NCBI GenBank assembly: GCA_022841325.1
Contig: JALHRS010000016.1
Location: 9,094-73,093, forward strand
Origin: Lysobacterales bacterium
Lineage (GTDB): Bacteria; Pseudomonadota; Gammaproteobacteria; Xanthomonadales; SZUA-5
Reading direction: 5' to 3'
DNA: 64,000 bases
Position 1 is the stretch's first letter. Each line of letters opens with the position of its first letter. This document shows, one piece after another, positions 62,517 through 64,000 of this stretch. The position numbers and the translations under genes were made by a program. The notes below the pieces were generated by a model. The model made no database searches, was not told the DNA's origin, and saw only the letters and a program-made list of their open reading frames with translations.

Positions 62517-64000
62517 CTACTTGCGGGTCAGGGCGCCGAGGATGCCGCGGATCAGTTGGCGGCCAAACTGACTGCCGACCGAGCGCGCGACGGACTTGGC
62601 GAAAGCCTCGCCTACACCTTCGCGCTGGCGGCCGCGTGCGGCGGGCTTGGCCGCGGGTGCCTGACGGGGCGCTGCCGGGGCGCGTGGGCGCGGGGCCGGC
62701 ACCGGAGCCGGGGGAGGCGGAGCCTCGGGCTTGCCCCAGGGCCAGTTCAGGGACCAGCCGCCATCTGATGCCGGAGCATCGGGTGCGGTTTCCGGCAGGG
62801 CGGGGGCTTCGGTCCGCTGCTTGAGCACTTCAAAGGCGGACTCGCGGTCGATGGCTTCATCGTACTTGCTGCCGATGGGGCTCTGCGCCCGCACTGCCTG
62901 GCGTTCGGCTTCGGTGATGGCGCCGATGCGGCAGCCTGGCGTCAGGATCCAGGCGCGTTCGACCATTTCCGGCCGCCCGCCGTCTTTCAGGAAGGACACC
63001 AGCGCCTCGCCCACACCCAGTTCGGTAATGGCGGCGACCACGTCCAGCTTCGGGTTGGGCACGAAGGTTTCGGCGGCGGTCTTGACCGCTTTCTGATCGC
63101 GCGGTGTGAATGCCCGCAGCGCGTGCTGCACACGATGACCGAGCTGGCCGAGGATGTCGTTGGGGATGTCGTCGGGGTTCTGGCTGCAAAAGTACACGCC
63201 CACACCCTTGGAGCGGATCAGCCGCACCACCTGTTCCACCCGTTGCACCAGCGATGCCGGGGCGCCGTCGAAGAGCAGATGAGCCTCGTCAAAGAAGAAC
63301 ACCAGTCGCGGCTTGTCCAGATCGCCGACTTCAGGCAATTGCTCGAAAAGTTCTGACAGCAGCCACAGCAGGAAGCTGGAGTACAGCTGCGGCTTCATGA
63401 TCAGCTGCTCGGCGCTCATGACGTTGATGACGCCGCGACCCTGTGGATTGACCAGGAAGAAATCCTTGAGCTCGAAGGCCGGCTCGCCGAAGAAGGCACG
63501 AGCACCGACATCCTCCAGTCCCAGCAGCGCGCGTTGCACGGCGGCAATCGAGGTGGTGGAGACCAGACCGAACTCCGCCGAGATGGTCTTGGCGTTCTCG
63601 GAGACATAGTTGAGCATGGCCCGCAGATCGGACAGATCGATCAGCAGCAGGCCTTCCTGGTCCGCCACCCGGAAGACCACATTGAGTACGCCGGACTGCA
63701 CCTCGTTCAGGCCCATCAGCCGCGCCAGCAGGATCGGCCCCATCTCGGTGATGCTGGTGCGCAGCGGATGGCCGTTCTTGCCGTAGATGTCCCAGAACAC
63801 CACCGGATTGGCGCCCGGCTGCCAGCTGTCCTCGATGCCGAGCATCTTCAGACGATTGCGGAGCTTGTCCCCCAGCACTGCCGCCTGCGACAAGCCGGCC
63901 AGATCGCCCTTCACGTCGGCCAGGAATACAGGCACGCCCTGCTTGGAGAATTCCTCGGCGAGCAGCATCAGCGACACGCTCTTGCCGGTGCCGGTCGCGC
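62517..64000 (-). CDS. HerA-like/DUF853 P-loop NTPase (YjgR-like), N-terminus outside the window
   Basis: The reading frame continues to the window edge, where it encodes ..ATGTGKS (Walker A). Walker B-like VFFFDEAHLLF. YFCSQNPDDIPNDILGQLG is typical of DUF853. Pro/Ala-rich C-terminal tail. Confidence 0.75.
   Translation of the reverse strand, partial: ATGTGKSVSLMLLAEEFSKQGVPVFLADVKGDLAGLSQAAVLGDKLRNRLKMLGIEDSWQPGANPVVFWDIYGKNGHPLRTSITEMGPILLARLMGLNEVQSGVLNVVFRVADQEGLLLIDLSDLRAMLNYVSENAKTISAEFGLVSTTSIAAVQRALLGLEDVGARAFFGEPAFELKDFFLVNPQGRGVINVMSAEQLIMKPQLYSSFLLWLLSELFEQLPEVGDLDKPRLVFFFDEAHLLFDGAPASLVQRVEQVVRLIRSKGVGVYFCSQNPDDIPNDILGQLGHRVQHALRAFTPRDQKAVKTAAETFVPNPKLDVVAAITELGVGEALVSFLKDGGRPEMVERAWILTPGCRIGAITEAERQAVRAQSPIGSKYDEAIDRESAFEVLKQRTEAPALPETAPDAPASDGGWSLNWPWGKPEAPPPPAPVPAPRPRAPAAPRQAPAAKPAARGRQREGVGEAFAKSVARSVGSQFGRQLIRGILGALTRK

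Overview
GC-rich chromosomal segment from a Gram-negative bacterium. The lptD-surA-pdxA-rsmA block, hflKC, mrcB and pspF suggest a gammaproteobacterium, possibly Xanthomonadales/Nevskiales-like, but this is inference only. I call about 47 protein genes (one runs off the right edge), one tRNA-Arg(CCT), and many intergenic repeats. I see no transposase, integrase, phage gene, CRISPR array or recognisable defence gene, so this reads as core genome rather than an island. Gene content from left to right: a secreted beta-propeller/Fn3 protein; cupin-pta-ackA-aldolase; an arsM-arsS-DUF547-rhodanese operon; a metzincin protease; a Pat-like lysine acetyltransferase; a two-subunit molybdenum hydroxylase (IorAB-like); a GH13 amylase; an ALDH7-like dehydrogenase; hflKC; a DUF4397 repeat protein; an LPS-core/lipid A cluster (GT4, O-antigen-ligase family, GT2, LpxL family); a thioesterase; pspF; a nitroreductase; an ELM1-like protein; a 1523-aa three-module glycosyltransferase; mrcB; an envelope cluster (COG4705-like protein, Omp85-like protein, LtaS-like protein, DUF2167-like protein, small periplasmic protein); lptD-surA-pdxA-rsmA; an LplT-PlsC fusion; a CPA2 antiporter; and a HerA-like DUF853 ATPase. 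The most unusual items are these. (1) The arsenosugar genes arsM-arsS are translationally coupled to two exported proteins, DUF547 and a rhodanese. (2) A modular repeat system fills almost every long intergenic gap. It includes composite palindromic elements whose arms are tandem heptamers, (GGGGCAN)n/(GTGCCCC)n and (GGTTGTC)n/(GACAACC)n, several with canonical G-quadruplex potential. (3) An LtaS-like transferase gene overlaps an Omp85-like barrel gene. (4) A giant glycosyltransferase carries an internal coiled coil of about 170 aa. All functional calls come from reading the supplied translations and recalling family motifs. No database search, HMM or folding program was run.
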